This document shows, piece by piece, positions 40,661-56,111 of a stretch of DNA of 64,000 bases. The notes below the pieces were generated by a model. That model was not told where the DNA came from and made no database searches. It saw only the letters and a list, made by a program, of their open reading frames with translations. Source of the stretch: Chrysomallon squamiferum (Eukaryota; Animalia; Mollusca); assembly GCA_012295275.1 (NCBI GenBank), contig CM022672.1, positions 2,356,001 to 2,420,000 on the forward strand, read 5' to 3'. The position numbers and the translations under genes are program-made. The first letter of the stretch is position 1, and each line of letters begins with the position of its first letter.

Positions 40661-42388
40661 CAAATATAAATATGTAAATGTAACCCATATCGAGTATTAT
40701 TAATCTGATACGAGATAGAATTGGGGCCAGCAGTAATAATTTGATACTAATGTGTATCACGAGATTATGTTTTGTTAACGTGCCTCTCTTTCCTTTTTTT
40801 TTTTTTTTTTTTTTTTTTGTAGAATTCTATAATGTGACTTCCATTTCATAATGTTAAGTCATTATTTGCTGTTCAACAAGTACGCTCCCAGATGTCCCAG
40901 ATGATTAACTAACAATTAAATTACATGGTTTACAATTCCATGAATTTTACCGATATCAAGGGCAGATACTTAACTCGAGGGCCAAGAACAAACATCAAGG
41001 ATCTGACTACAGATCTAACGATGTAAATTTTCTCTTCTTTTTGTTTTTTTCTTCATAATGTTCTAAAAGCATATAAATAAAATGGTGCTATTTTGTTTAT
41101 ACTTTCCATTAGTTAATCAGTAAAATAATTCGTGCCACACCAACTGTAGAAAGTATAAAATAGTAGAGACAGTTATCTATGTCTGTAACTTGGTCTGCTG
41201 TTGTTTAAGCCGTTGAATTTTCTGGTGCATATTTTTTTTAATTATTATTTTTAATTTTTTTTTTATGTCATCGTTTTTAAACCGATGTGCAGAAAGGACG
41301 ATGTTTTCGTAACACGTAAATATTTCAATGCAAGTTTCCTTTCGTTTTCTCCATTACGTTCGGTCTTGTATTAAGTTCAACAGGTAATCTACTATAACTG
41401 GCTACACTAGAGAGAACAAACTGGAAGTATGATAAGGGTAAAGAAAAGAATTGTTTATTTCGCACTTATCGAACATTCTTTTAAAAAAATCATTTCGACC
41501 CTTGTCGTACCATGATGAAACCAAATTTAAAATGTCCGTATTAAAAAGGAAGATACATTTTCGTAAACTCTGATCAAACTTTGCATACGAGTTTTGTCAT
41601 AATATAAAAATCAGAAAGATTAAAATGTAATTGAGATTTCTTAGTTAGTGTAATATAATCTGTCTGCATGTTCGCACATGAAACATATTTGAGGATTTAG
41701 CATGGATAAAGAGAGAATTTTGGATATGATTTATAAACACAGATACAATACATCTTAGCAATATAATCCGTTTCTCCGTATAACAGATTTTTTTCATAAA
41801 ACAATATCATACACACACAAACACACACACAAATAATAATAATAATAAAAAAGTAAGTAAGGAAATAAATGAATAAATAAATAAGAAGCACAGATATATT
41901 AAAAAAAAAAAAAAAAAAAAAAATTAAAATTAAAATTAAAATAGAATTTCTGGGTCTTCCTCTTTGGTTTCAGTTGAAATTCGAAATTTCAGAAATTAAA
42001 CTGGCTATCAGAAGCATGGTTCATAGTGCAGAGACTGGACGGCTGATAAGAAACAAAATGTCACGTTATAATCTCAGGGATAAGTAGTCGACTCAACACT
42101 GTTTTCAGCATAATGTGGCTCTTAACGAACACTAATCACTGCACTTGGGCAAGCGTTAACGTATTAATTTCAGTCGGACGATAAAGGAAGCCATACTGTA
42201 TGTAATATTCCTGATAATTATGTCCAGGTTGAGATGAAAATGATTATGCTAAGAATAAGTTTACATTCATACTTAAGAATTCGTCGATGAAGGACTTATT
42301 GGGGTTTTAAAATGAACACTATTGGTATTTCTTAAATTATGATTATTATCATGATTATGATTAAGGTTATTATTATTATTATCATTAT

Positions 42389-42431
<43 letters not shown>

Positions 42432-44274
42432 TCTCTCATCTTTCTAAAACCATCAGCCACATTACTATGTCATTCACCGGTTAAAACATATCAAAACATT
42501 AAACAGACCAGTTTAAAAATGTGTTTTAATGCATTAACTTTATCACGTTATTTAAATATACCACATATAACTGAGAATAATATAGTACGGGATACACATT
42601 AGTTTCTGGGAAATAATGATGTGTTTCATTATTAAAATCGTAACAGTAATCATTAAAAGCAACTTTTTTATTAATAAATATTCGTAGTCTATAGAGATAC
42701 ATTATTGCAGGGTCGGCATCGAAAACTATATACTTTTATATCACGTAACAGAATTAGCTGCATTTTGTGTTTTGTGAAACGATTATTAATTATAGATCAG
42801 CAGTTCTGGCTTACATATTTCTAATATTATTTAGAATTTTTGAAAAAATCAAAGTGAAATATATGAAAGGAGAGGTAACACAATTTTTGAACTTTTTTTT
42901 TTTAGACGCCAAAAGATCACTGAAGAAGTAACTATGATGTCTGCAGTATTAAAATTAGCATAATTTGCGGTTCTTATCACAAATCCTACTGCATAATTCC
43001 ATTTAGACGCTGTGATATCAGCGTTATAATAATCCATGTAATCCATATTATTTCGAAATATAATCCATGACTAATAAAATGGGCACAAATGGATTATCTT
43101 CGGACCGGAAGTAGATAGCTCTGCTTTTTTTTTTTTTTTCTCTTAATTATCTCCTCCTACTTCCGTTCACTATTCATCATCACTTAGCATTTATTATTAA
43201 CAAAAGTGATGAGGTTAACCAATGCATACGTGGCTAAGATATATATTTTTTTTCTTTCTGTAATACAGTCAATGAGATCTCGTATGCAGACCAGTAATGT
43301 AAATATTAATTGTACCATATTGTTGTATAAGCCAAAGATATATTTATTTAACGTGGTCATGTACATACGTCAAGTTATCGCTGTTTCTAATGTTATTTAT
43401 GCACACAGTGCAGTAGCGAAGTCAGTGAAGCATAACATTAAAAAAGTATGAAATGTAAATCTAGTCTGTTGTGTGTTCTTAGTGTAAATTTCATTTAGCA
43501 ACCTAGAATCTGAAGTCTTTCTTCTTCAATCTTTCATTTATTCTTAATTTTATCGTGATCGTCATCATCATCATCATCATCATCATCGTTATAATCAATT
43601 TCATTATCAGTGTCTCGACATTGCAATGATCATTATAAAATAGTTATTAAAAAATCTTTGTTAAACTGGAGATAAATAGGACATAACGTATGCAAAAATT
43701 GGACTCATTATTATTATATCAAATAATAATGAAAAAATGAAATCTTATGTTATTCAATGCACACCAACAGGAAAACAGGTTTTTGAAAAACAGTTATGGT
43801 GGGCGCATAAGTGAACCTGATGAACGATACTTAAAGCAATAATCTCTATGAATCAGTTAGGACATAAACTTCAAAATCAGAAGAAAAAAAGAAGAAGAAA
43901 AAAAAAGCAAAAAAAAAAGCAAACAAACAAACAAATAAAAAGAATAACATTCACAAACCTGACAAACCTGCAGTCAAATACTGAAACACATACTAAGATA
44001 TAAATAAACGAGAAAAAAAAAAAAAAAAAAAAAAAAATGTAGAAAGCGACGAATATCAGATATAAATAAAGATGAAAATATGTCCAATACTGTTTTTTTC
44101 ACCTGAGTGGTGTGTTTGGTTTGAAAGAAAATCCGCTGACACCGTTCCATCTATTCATCGATTAGAAGAAAAAAATATATATAATTAGACAGAGAGAGAT
44201 AGAAAGAAAGAAAAAGAGAGAGAGAGAGAGAGAGAAGAAATAAAATAGCAGTAGCAACGATGATGAAAAAAAAA

Positions 44275-44326
44275 CAAGAACAAGAAGAAGAAGAAGAAGA
44301 ACAACAACAACAACAACAACAACATC

Positions 44327-44382
<56 letters not shown>
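44275..44382. repeat. Compound (AAG)n(AAC)n(AAT)n
   Basis: Seen directly. Confidence 0.95.
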
Positions 44383-45024
44383 CAGCAACGTCGGCAACAA
44401 CAACTTTGTTTTAGTTGTCATACAGAAAATCGAACCCTTTATCCATCAACTTCTACGTAGCAGATTAATATTACTGCATTAGTAGCTAGCAATAAAACAA
44501 TTCAAACAGAGGTCAATGAACGATCTGGACCGAACACATTCAAACCCTGTCTGTGAAATAAAGCAAAACAGATTCGTTCCTAAGTAACGAAGATTATTTG
44601 TGACGTTATAAATTACGATTTCCTGACGTAATCATTAGGCCAATGGCGTCATATTTCCGCGTACTATATATAACGGACCCTGGCTTGGAAGATTAAGCCG
44701 TCAGCTAATTTTTCATACGTCAGAATGAAAACTAAAATCGGTAAAGCGTCTGGGAAATATACAGTATAGTCTCACTTATTTGTGGACGGTATTAAAAGTA
44801 TTACACTACCATGTCATTTTAAGTCTTCGTAACAGTGATATATTGGTCTGTAAAACACAAACAGAAAGAACTACAGAGTATGTTATCCGTTTTCTTTTTT
44901 TCAGTTAGTAAAATAATCTTCTTGTTCTTGTTCTTGTTCTCCTTCTTGTTAGTAGTAACAGCAGTAGTCGTAGTATTATACATAACAGTAATAATAATAA
45001 ATAACAATGATAATAATAATAATA

Positions 45025-45055
<31 letters not shown>

Positions 45056-45302
45056 CAACAACAACAACAACAATAATAATAAAATAAAAAATAATAAAAT
45101 AAAATAAATAAATAATAATAAAAATAATAATAATAATAAAATGTTTATTCTTTATTATTTCCTTACTTAAATTATTCTAATAATTTTTTTCTTTCCCTTC
45201 ATGTCTTTCTTTTTAGTATCGGGCCATATTGTAAAACCTATCACAGTTAGTAATCTAATCCGATAAAATACCAAAACCTTTTTGTGGAATTTACTGAATG
45301 TT

Positions 45303-45337
<35 letters not shown>

Positions 45338-46109
45338 CTTTCCCCAAGACTACCACCCCCTGCCATCCTCAGAATTTTTTTTATTCTTTTATTCAAGTCA
45401 TATTCAACCGATAACTGTCAGTGACTTTTTATTTCGTCTTTCGACTTTTTCTTTTTTAAAACAGTATGCGTGCAGTTTTAGTGTTTCATATTTATTTTTA
45501 TATTCCTGTTATTGCGAAATTCAACACCATTCATTGTTTTCTATATGAAACGAAGCTGTCTGTTAAGTAACAATATCATAAGGGGAAAAAAAAGATGAAT
45601 AATGAAAATCAAGATAAGCATAACTAAAAGTTGGCCTGTTCTCATGATTCTTTAGTCTACAGTCAGGATTTCTTCCGTGAAATTATGAATTAGTGAGAGG
45701 AAAAAGACATTTTGCTCTGATCTGTCTTATGAAGAAACATCGCCCCGAAACGTTTGCACTGATGGCAGAAAACAACAACAACAACAACACAAAATAAAGA
45801 GAGAAAAAAACATACCCCCCCTCCCAAAAAAAAACCCCCATTAAATTCCAGTCCTTTTCCGTTTTGGTATAGTATTAAAAATAGAATATCAACCATATCT
45901 AGAACTAATAAACATAATGGTAATTTGAAGACACTCGTTTAATTCTTCGTTTGCCTTATTGAAATAATACAAGACTTCTGATTTATTCTGCCAGTACAGG
46001 TATGGTTAAACCATTACATTGTTTTACATTAAATTTTTACATTAAATATAGACGAAAGTGAAGAAGGAAGCCATAGAACTGAAAAATTATTGAAAGCACA
46101 TTGCCATCT

Positions 46110-46430
46110 TATTATTGTTGTTGTTGTTGTTATTATTATTATCATTATTATTATTATTATTATTAGTAGTAGTAGTAGTAGTAGTAGTAATTGAGTAAAA
46201 TAGTAGTAACAGTAGTAGTAGCAGTAAAAGTAATAGTTGTAGTAGCAGTAGTAGTAACGGTAGTAATAGCAGTAAAAGTAATAGCAGTAGCAGCAGTAGT
46301 ACAAGTAGTAATAGCAGTAAAAGTAATAGCAGTAGCAGCAGTAGTAGTACAAGTAGTAGCAGCAGTACTAGTAGCAGTTTTTGTTTTTGTTGTTATTACT
46401 GTTGTTATTATTATCCTTATTATCATTATT
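46110..46430. repeat. (ATT)n/(AGT/AGC)n tract with a higher-order duplication of about 45 bp
   Basis: gtagtaatagcagtaaaagtaatagcagtagcagcagtagta recurs at about 46260 and 46305. Confidence 0.85.
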
Positions 46431-47004
46431 CAAAATTAACCAAAATTTTTATGATATTTTCATAACCTTAAAATATGCTTACAAACGTGTTCTATATCCG
46501 CAGGAAACCTTCGAAAAAGAGATTTAAAAAAAAAAAAAAAAAAAAAAAGAAATGGAGCTTTTTTCGTAGCTTACAACCCAACGGATGGCAGTTTTGTTGT
46601 TTCAACAAACAACTTTATCCTCAATTTTACCAGCACAACATACGCTTATTCACAAACTGTAATAGTCACTTTCTATAAGCCTCGTGCCATAGTCACCTCT
46701 CCATTGATTTGCAGTGTGAAAACACAACCTGTTTTTTTCATTGTGTTAAGACGGGTAGGAATGTTATGTTTTCAACTCGTGTATATCAGAGACAGGCACC
46801 TATAGGCTCAGTTATGTCCAAAGGAGAGACTTACTGACCGGTAAAAAAAAACACATTCCGAGATGTCAGGGTATGAAATATGTATTTCAAATAATAGTTT
46901 ATTTTTTAAGAAAAAGAGGAAACGAAGTATTTGCTTCAGATATTTGTGTTTTGTCGGGTTTTTTTTTAGTCGACTTTGGAGTAAAGAGAGAGAATGAGAG
47001 AGAG

Positions 47005-47197
<193 letters not shown>

Positions 47198-47710
47198 ATC
47201 AGTTTAGAAATAATATGATGAAGTATATAAAATTTTAACACTCACAACGAAGATTTGTAACCCCTTTCAAGACCTAGTACTAAAATATTCCAAGCTTTAT
47301 TAAAAGAAAAATCAACAACGAGACTTTGTTACTTAAACAGAGCTTTTATTGTCAGATAATGTAAATGCCTTTATTTCGGTTATCTCTTAGATGGTGCTAA
47401 AATCATATTTTTCTTTGTGCTAAACAAAAACGATAGCCTCATCCATTACCTCGTTGTGATCATAATGGTATCAAGTTTTTTCTTCATAGCGTAACAAAAG
47501 GTTTTCTTTTTGGGTCTTCTTGTGACAAACTGCATTACTAATAATGTACTAAGAAACCTATATATATATAAAATTATCATTAGAATCAGTATTAATAATA
47601 TTAGCAAGGAAAACAGGAATGAGTTCACAGAAAAATAGAACGATAAACCAAGTCAATGAACAAAATATTTTATTTGATGCGATCTAATTACTATCAACAA
47701 CAGTAATAAC

Positions 47711-47768
<58 letters not shown>

Positions 47769-50700
47769 GTGTCATCGTCTCCGCTAACCTTTCTGTCGCG
47801 CAAGAAAGAAAAAATCTGAAATAAAAAATGAAAAAAAGAAAATTAAGATAAGATTTTCAATTTACCTTTTTTTTTTTTTTTTCTTTTTATTACATCTTTT
47901 TTTTTTATCATCTATATTAAAACGAGACGACATCACTAAATAAGCGAGGACAGGCTGCATTGTGTTTTAAAATTGAGATTCCAGTGCACACGTATCATGA
48001 TACTTCCGGTGTCGCAATTGAAAAGCTCCAGACGGGGACTTTTAAAATTACGACGCTATTTCATCTGCACTCAGCGACATCGAAGAAGCCTGTGATCAGC
48101 GTAATGGTCCCGATTCTGTGATAAATATTTCATTATGGCATGAAAACCTCTGATAACGCCAGGCCCTTTTCCCTTTAATCCACGAGCTTATTACCATATG
48201 AATGCATGTTATGTTAAGGAACCTACTTATGTAACGGCTTGCCGTAAAAAAAAAAAAATACTAAGGCCTTATGCAAAATAGCATTCCGTGAGCCGCTCGG
48301 TATCACGGAATCTTTTATTCTTCACTTAGACATAAAGTACCTGCTACTTGCCGTCGGAATGTGAGGCGCATACTAATTATGCAAACTGCAAGCAAACAAA
48401 AGATGCTTCTATTTACCTTTGAGATAGATATATTATTTATATCTGACCTTGAGCCAGGTCGTTAGCCAGAAGCGAAGTACGTTTTCGTTTTCTTTTTAAA
48501 AATGTTTTTTTTTTTTTTTTTTTTTTTTTAAATCTTGATTCTTACTTACTGTTATTATTGTTATTATTAAATCTATTTGTAAATCAGGCGCGGGTATTTC
48601 TTGGAGAATAAAAACGTTCCCCATTCATTTAATAACTGAAACGTATACGATGACTTCTAAATTTTTTGTGCTTGTTGGGTTGCTTGCCCGAATAAAGCGT
48701 GTGTATAAAACGCGTTCAGAAGACGTCTTTTGAAATGACAGATCATAAAAGGCGTGTATATAGGTTACCATCGTCTTTGTGCTGTGCTAACACAGGAATG
48801 ACAGTGTGCACTGCACGCATGAATTCAATCCAATGTTAGCAAGAGAGAATTATGTGCAAGTACAAAGAGTGAAACACGTCGATGACAAATGGTGAATTCC
48901 TGCCATTATGCTATATAAGGTTTCATCAATGTACGTTATAAATATATTTCTTTAAAAACTAATTTCTTTGCCCTTGCCTTTTATAAGGATTCAGAAAGAG
49001 ATCGTTATTGTTGTTGTTGTTGTTGTTATTATTATTATTACAATATATCGTTTTATTAATATGGATGTTTATATTTATGTGTGTATGTCAATCTGTCTAT
49101 GTAATAAAGTATTGTATAAATATACTATGCATACATGTATATACATGTATATATGCATATATATATATATGAATATGTATATATGCATTTATGTATGTAT
49201 GTATAATGTATTAGCACGAATCAAAGAATATACGTACTGATGGATGGATGGATGAATTGAGTTTTAACTGGTTGTATGCTAAATATTTTGAAACCAAATG
49301 ATGTTTAATAATAATAATAAAAAAAAATATTTTTAAAAAGTTCCCAGATTTTCTTCACTTTGAGAGCAGTTTGTTCTGAATATCACAAACCTCTTTCCTT
49401 AATCCGACAAGTACTCAGCAAAATTTACTGCATGATGACCACAATAAATACTGCTTTAATTGTTAACTGCCACAGCGTTATCGATGCAATTTCTCCACTT
49501 CTCTTAAAGCAGCCATATTTTCTGTAACTGTAATTACAACTGTCAGTTCGTCTGATCAGGTGTAATTGCAAGGCATATTTAAAACTCACAGATATGAAAG
49601 AACATATATCTACTTCTGACGTTATCAGTCGTGCTGCCGTGTCTGGAACGGGATATAAATATTGGCAGAGATGGAAATTTGTTATTTTATTTGTGTGCAT
49701 ATATTTTATAAAGCATACTATAGAGAGAGACACACAGATAGACCCCACTTAACAATAATAATAATTTATTATTTCTTTTTTTTACTGATATATATTTTTT
49801 ATTTAATAATCTATTTATTTATTTATTTATTTATCCACTCATTTATTTATATATAGTTACGTATATATTTATTTATTTACTTACTTAATTACTTTCTTAT
49901 TTTTTTTTTATATTATTAATTTCTTTTTTTATTAATTTCCATCATTTTAAAAACATTTTACCACCCTCGTTCATTTCAGTACTTGTTTATTACACCCAAC
50001 ACACTACAAGCTCTCTAGCATCTCTTCACGTCGTTTTCGTTTTTGTCACAGCTGCCCATTTCGGTATTACTCGAAGAAAACTACTTCATTCCGAGTTCGT
50101 GCTTAAGTGTAATCCACAATTCAGTAATAACCGAGCCCAATATTGTTAGTTTGCTACCTGCAGAGACTTCATCATCGAGACTGAAGACTCTTATTTGAGT
50201 CTGTGTTGGATACAACCTTCTACAACTTCTTGAAATTCTCGAGGACCTTTTCAGTCAGAAGAGCCACATTGTTCTCTATTTTTCCTGCACACAAGTGAGT
50301 CTACGGCACATCTTTGAGAAATATAGTATTGGCTATTATTATTATTTGTTTTGTCCTGTCAGTTAACAATCCATGGATGATTTGAAGGAATTTTTCTTTG
50401 CCAAATTATAGTCGTAGACACACCAATATCATGCACCATTATGCTAGACAATAGCATTAGAAATGAGGAAAAGAAGAAAAGAAAAAAAGAAATGTCGAAA
50501 GGGGTTTATAGGTTAATGGAGTTTGTAAACAATGGTTGGATGTTTCTGTCTTTGTTGTTGGCATATTTAAGTCAATTTCTTTTTTAATGAAATAAAAATT
50601 CGACGGTCATTCAAAGAAAAGAAAGGTAAAGGAAAAATAGTTTGTAGTTAAAGGAATATGAATAGTTTAAGAATTGTTTGATAATAGGAAATTATATGAT

Positions 50701-50965
50701 GTATTGACAGTTCGTTTATACAGAGAGTATGTGAACAATGGCTGGACCTCTTTTTTCTCTCTGTTTTATGTGAATTTGATTTCAGATTTTAAATTTAAGA
50801 TATATTCGTAAGAAAAAGAAGAATATTATGAAAGTTGATATGTTTCTGTAAACCATATTTTCATTATCGGATAACGATAATAACCACCATCTTCATCATC
50901 TCATCAAAATCATCACAACTATAATAATTTAATAATAATATTATTATTATTATTATTAATAATAT

Positions 50966-51013
<48 letters not shown>

Positions 51014-52396
51014 AAGTTCAGCTCATGTTTGGCTTCCAACAAAAAAAAAAAAAAAAACACTGACGAACAAAAGTCAAACTGAAACAATTACAGTCCACTT
51101 TTCTAAATTATATCTACCTAGAACGTACTTAGCAACACGTTATGTCTGATCAGATGTTGTAAAACATGCAAGAGCTAGGACTGGACACGAAGGCATCCAT
51201 AAAAATTGAACATTTAGAGATAACCTGCGTGTTTTAAATTTACTGAGTGCACTAAATGATCTCTGCTTACAAATGTAAATTACTACAGTGTTTCTGGATG
51301 TGTATAAAAGGCCATAAACAGAGACAAGTCGTGGTGTCTTATTTTCAGTGGACAATGGACTTAAAACTGGACCGGCTACTCTTTCCCTCCAGGTCTGCAC
51401 TGCACTCGAATGGTGCGGTCATAAGCTTGAAAAGTTTTATTGGCAAATGTATCGAAAACTGCAGACACTGAAACATCCAAAGAATTCGCGCCGTCCTATT
51501 ATGTAGACGTTTTGCATGCTAACAATGTAGGTAAGTGACCATATACGCCAAGCACAGGGACGCACAATGGACGATTAGCTGGGGGTGACTCCGCGGGTCT
51601 GGCGCCGACTGGAGGGCCTCGTCTTATCGATCACGAAATTTTCGAAAAGAAACTGTCATAAGTATGGGCCAGTTCTAATTTACGGGTGCATAAACGAAAG
51701 ATCTGTATTGTAAGAACGAAATGGACTTGTAGCGAAGGACCGGTCGAAGGAACACAAACAGTGATTTTCGTGTTTATACAGCGGGGCCGGACAGAGATAC
51801 GGAGAGGGGACAAATTTACGACGGCAATAAAAAATGGCCGCCGCCTTAAGGCTGTTTTGACAAATCGACTGTCTCTGCGTGTTCAGTCACCCAACGAAAA
51901 ATCGCCGACATTTTCGAGATTTAAGAAAAACTATCTGCAATCTCGCATTTCCGCGGCTCGTATCGGGATGAAATTTGAGTTTTATTTACATGTTTTTTAC
52001 ATCCATCACCAGGAATTATCGTCACCTTTAAATCCCTGATTTCGAAGGGTGGAAAGAGAAAACATGTGTCACTGCTAGACGAGTGATGACGTTAGAAGGG
52101 TTAGACAAACCGCAAACAAAGGTCATAAATGTCCTTGCAAGGAGATAGTTAACCGCCTGAGTGTTATCCGAGAGGTATTTCGTGGTCCGAGATGATTTGG
52201 CATTTTGAAATAAAGGAAATTGGAACTAACAGTATAAAGAATTTAGAAATAGTCGAAATATTTACTTGGTCCTACTTTCGGCTTGAAAATTCACACAATA
52301 AATTTTGCATAATTCTTACTTGTTGAATTTGAATTTTGTTTTTGGAGAAGTATGAGATCATTAAAACGGTTGTTGAACTAATTTTATTTTTATACA

Positions 52397-52454
52397 TATA
52401 CATACATACATACATACATACATACATACATACATACATACATACATACATACA

Positions 52455-52490
<36 letters not shown>

Positions 52491-52572
52491 TATATATAAC
52501 CACTTTTCAAATGTGCGTATATGTTTGTGTGTGTGTGTGTATGTGTGTGTGTGTGTGTGTGTATGTGTGTGT
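52397..52572. repeat. (TACA)n, (TA)n and (TG)n microsatellites
   Basis: Seen directly. Confidence 0.95.
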
Positions 52573-55500
52573 CATCAGACTAACCACAAACCAAAGACAC
52601 ACCCACACAAAAAAAAAAAAAAAAAAATAGAAAGAATATTTTTATTTGATCAGTTTTGATTTTTACTATCCAGTACTTCAAAGAAGGAAATCACATTAAA
52701 TCCCAAACTGCAAATTGTATGAAGCTATTTAACTCCTGATTAGCCACTGGAAAGTGCTGAGAGAAACCCGCCAGGTGCAAACGCGTCCAAATTATGACAG
52801 GGCATTGTGGCTGTTGTTAGCAACGATTGTCGCCAATTATCATCTACAACGTCAAGCGTTAATATTAAAACGGACATATGGTCACTTTTCGGGGCGATTC
52901 GTTTCAATACTTGACCTGTATGGGCCTCTTTGATGCCAATTATCGTAATGGATTTCAACGCCATATGTCCAGTCTGACAATTTAACTTCACTTAATCTGC
53001 GTGAACTCCTAACATGGAGTGAAACTGTATTCAGAAAATACAGAGATATGATTTGCCTTGAAGAAAAGAATTTGGTGGTCAGCGCCGATATCAAAATGAT
53101 ATTGACAGATTTAAGCAGATGCATTATGAACGTATGAAAATTAAACCCAGCACTTTGAGTTGCATGAACATATTAATTTTATGACTATAAACTCAATTAT
53201 TACTATTCTTATTATATATGTATGTAGTCATTGAGCATATTAACGTCTGTTTGTTTCTGTCTCTCTGTCTCAGTTTTTGTCCAACTTACTCTATCAGCAT
53301 GGTATCTGTAACATTGTGTATATTTATTGTTATCTCACAATTTCTGTATTTGTATTGAAATATAAATAAATATCAAATAATAAAATTAGAACATTAGTAT
53401 TCCTAATCTGTCTTCTTATCTATATAATAAACCGACAGAGAGAACTGGATATGTATATATACTAACATATGTGCGTGTATGTGTGTCTCTCTCTCTCTAT
53501 ATATATATAGACAGTATATAGACACTATATATGTATAATATAGGTTATTTTGTCTTATCATTCCAACTGACAAGAATCTTGAATAGCATTGTCAGCACAT
53601 TTGCCAACAGCAAAGATTACACGCACCAAGTTACTTCTGGGGGATTAGAATGCTAAACACCTATTTCGTGATTCCAGTCATTTTGAAAATGTGGAAACTA
53701 ACACGAGGTAATGTACGATTCCTTATCATACCACATTACTCACACTTTAGTAATCTTCAATCTGATAACACAAATTAAAAGAAAATGTTGGACACCTCTC
53801 TGAATTATATCTTCGTGTGAAGCTCGTACCCATTTCTGTGTCGTTCGTTCGTTCGTTCGTTGGTTTAGTTTAATATACTTTCATTCTTTCGGTTCAAGAT
53901 TCAGTATTTTTCGACTGCTGCAAGGCAGGCCATGGAGTGCAGATCGGGTTATAGGGGAAGCGTCTCATCATTTCAGTGGGCAGAAAACACCGCATTGACA
54001 ACTGATCCGTAGTTGGTAACACCTTGAAGGGGACGTCAGCGTGCATGCTGCACACTCTGCATTCGAACAAACGAGGCAGTGACCCACGTTGTAGACCTCG
54101 TTGTATGAGTTACCTGAACACAATACTCGATCCTGGAATTCAGCCCCTCTGCTCACAAAAATGCATTTTTACGGTGCTCAAGCCATATTTCCAGCCTGAA
54201 AGAATTGCAATTAGATAGCCTATAATATATGCTTGTCTGGGTTCATTAATGGGCGGTTGAATTTGAAAAAGCCGTTCATGCAAAATGATTAATGTCCTTG
54301 AAAGCATTTCAGGTATTTTTTTTTTTTTCCTTTATCACGAAAATGAACACCAAAAGTACAACCACTTGCACATAAGTGTATCCCTTACTACTTCAAAAGA
54401 AAGTCACTTTATTACAATTTTTAAAAGTTACAAAATTCGACCTTAGGTGATAAAACTGAATTAAATTAACCGCACATTAGACTAGTTGAAGATTTTCTGT
54501 TCAGAGGAACATTTATTATTTAGTAATTTTTAAGATGGTTTATACTTTCCGGATTTTTTAAATATGATATCTTGTGCCATTCATTAACTGCTTGCTAGTT
54601 GTTTTTAAAGAAATAAAACCATATGAATTAATAATAATTTATACGATAAAATGAAATTGTTGTCCCAACTTTCTTTTGAATCACGGTTTAGTAATAATAA
54701 TTAGATTTATTCAGAAAAGAAGACACTGTGGTTTATCTGGATAATACATTCAAAGATAAAACTGTATTAGTCTGAAAATAACTAACAAAGCTGAAGACGC
54801 GATGAACATCTTCATGCTAGACCCGCAAAATGGATAAGATTAATCTGGAGATTTTAAACCTTTTTATTTTTATAAAACATTTTAATTTCCATTTAAAAAA
54901 AAGTTTGTCCTGACAAAATCACAACCCAAACAATTCTGTGACACATTTTTAAAACTACTAACGTCATGACATCTAGTTATCGTATCAGTTTCAAAAGTTT
55001 TAGTTTTGTAACACAACCAGCGACACGTGTATGTTACGCCACACCGGCTTTGCTAGAAAGAGTATAAAGAAAACCAGTCGATGAAAAATAACAATAGCTA
55101 AAGAGTCCTTAATAGTTGCCTGTCGTTATTTTTTTTCTTCTTCTCCTTTGGAGTTGTTATATCGTGAGTAGGAACAGTATTTCTAAACAGAACCTCTCTT
55201 GGCTGGTTATGTCAGGTGTACAATCAATCCTTCACGATAAGCAGCTCGGGCCAAGCAGGTATCGTTCTCACCTTATGCATGAATGTTGTCGCAAAAGCAA
55301 TGCAATATTATCCGGTTAAGCCGAAATCATGGGAAGAAAAAAAAAAAAAAAATAATGTATGTTTTACATCAGTGATTGTCAAATGATAATGACTGTAGAG
55401 GTATCATAGGTATTTACCGCTACAGCAAACCCAATAATGGTAGGCAACAATGTCCCAAATGACAGACGATAACCGATAGTTGCACCCAGGGCGGTCTGGG

Positions 55501-56061
55501 ATCGCGTACAATTGGTTAGGGATTGAAGGCCCGGGCGAACATCATGCCTCCCAGACAGAGAAATGAATTCCAAAGTTTGATTTATGAAGCTCGTATAGCA
55601 CACAAAAGCTTTAACTTTAATTTAGATCTTGATCCTCTGCTGCTTCAGAATCGTATTATTCACTTACCCACCACCACCCTCGCCTCGTCTACACATCTAT
55701 TTACTGACTGATGTTGTCACTCGCTTGCACTGAATCAGCAGCTGTTCTGTTTGTTCACTCTCACTGACTGACTTTCTCCTTCACTCGCTGCTCTTGAGTA
55801 ATTGTCTTCTTTCGCTTTTGTTGACTCGTTCATTCATTTATTCACTCATTTTTAATTATGAATGTTATAAACATAATAAATGAAAATTAAATATTAAAAA
55901 AGAAAATGTTAGAGAAATATTAATTTTGTTGTTGTTGTTGTTGTTGTTATTATTATTATTACTGAATGTTTTAAGATTTCAAATTCGACAGAACAGTTAT
56001 AAAATTCAGACGACAAAATAAAGTTATATATAAAGAAAATATTCAGTCTGAAAAAAATAAA

Positions 56062-56111
<50 letters not shown>

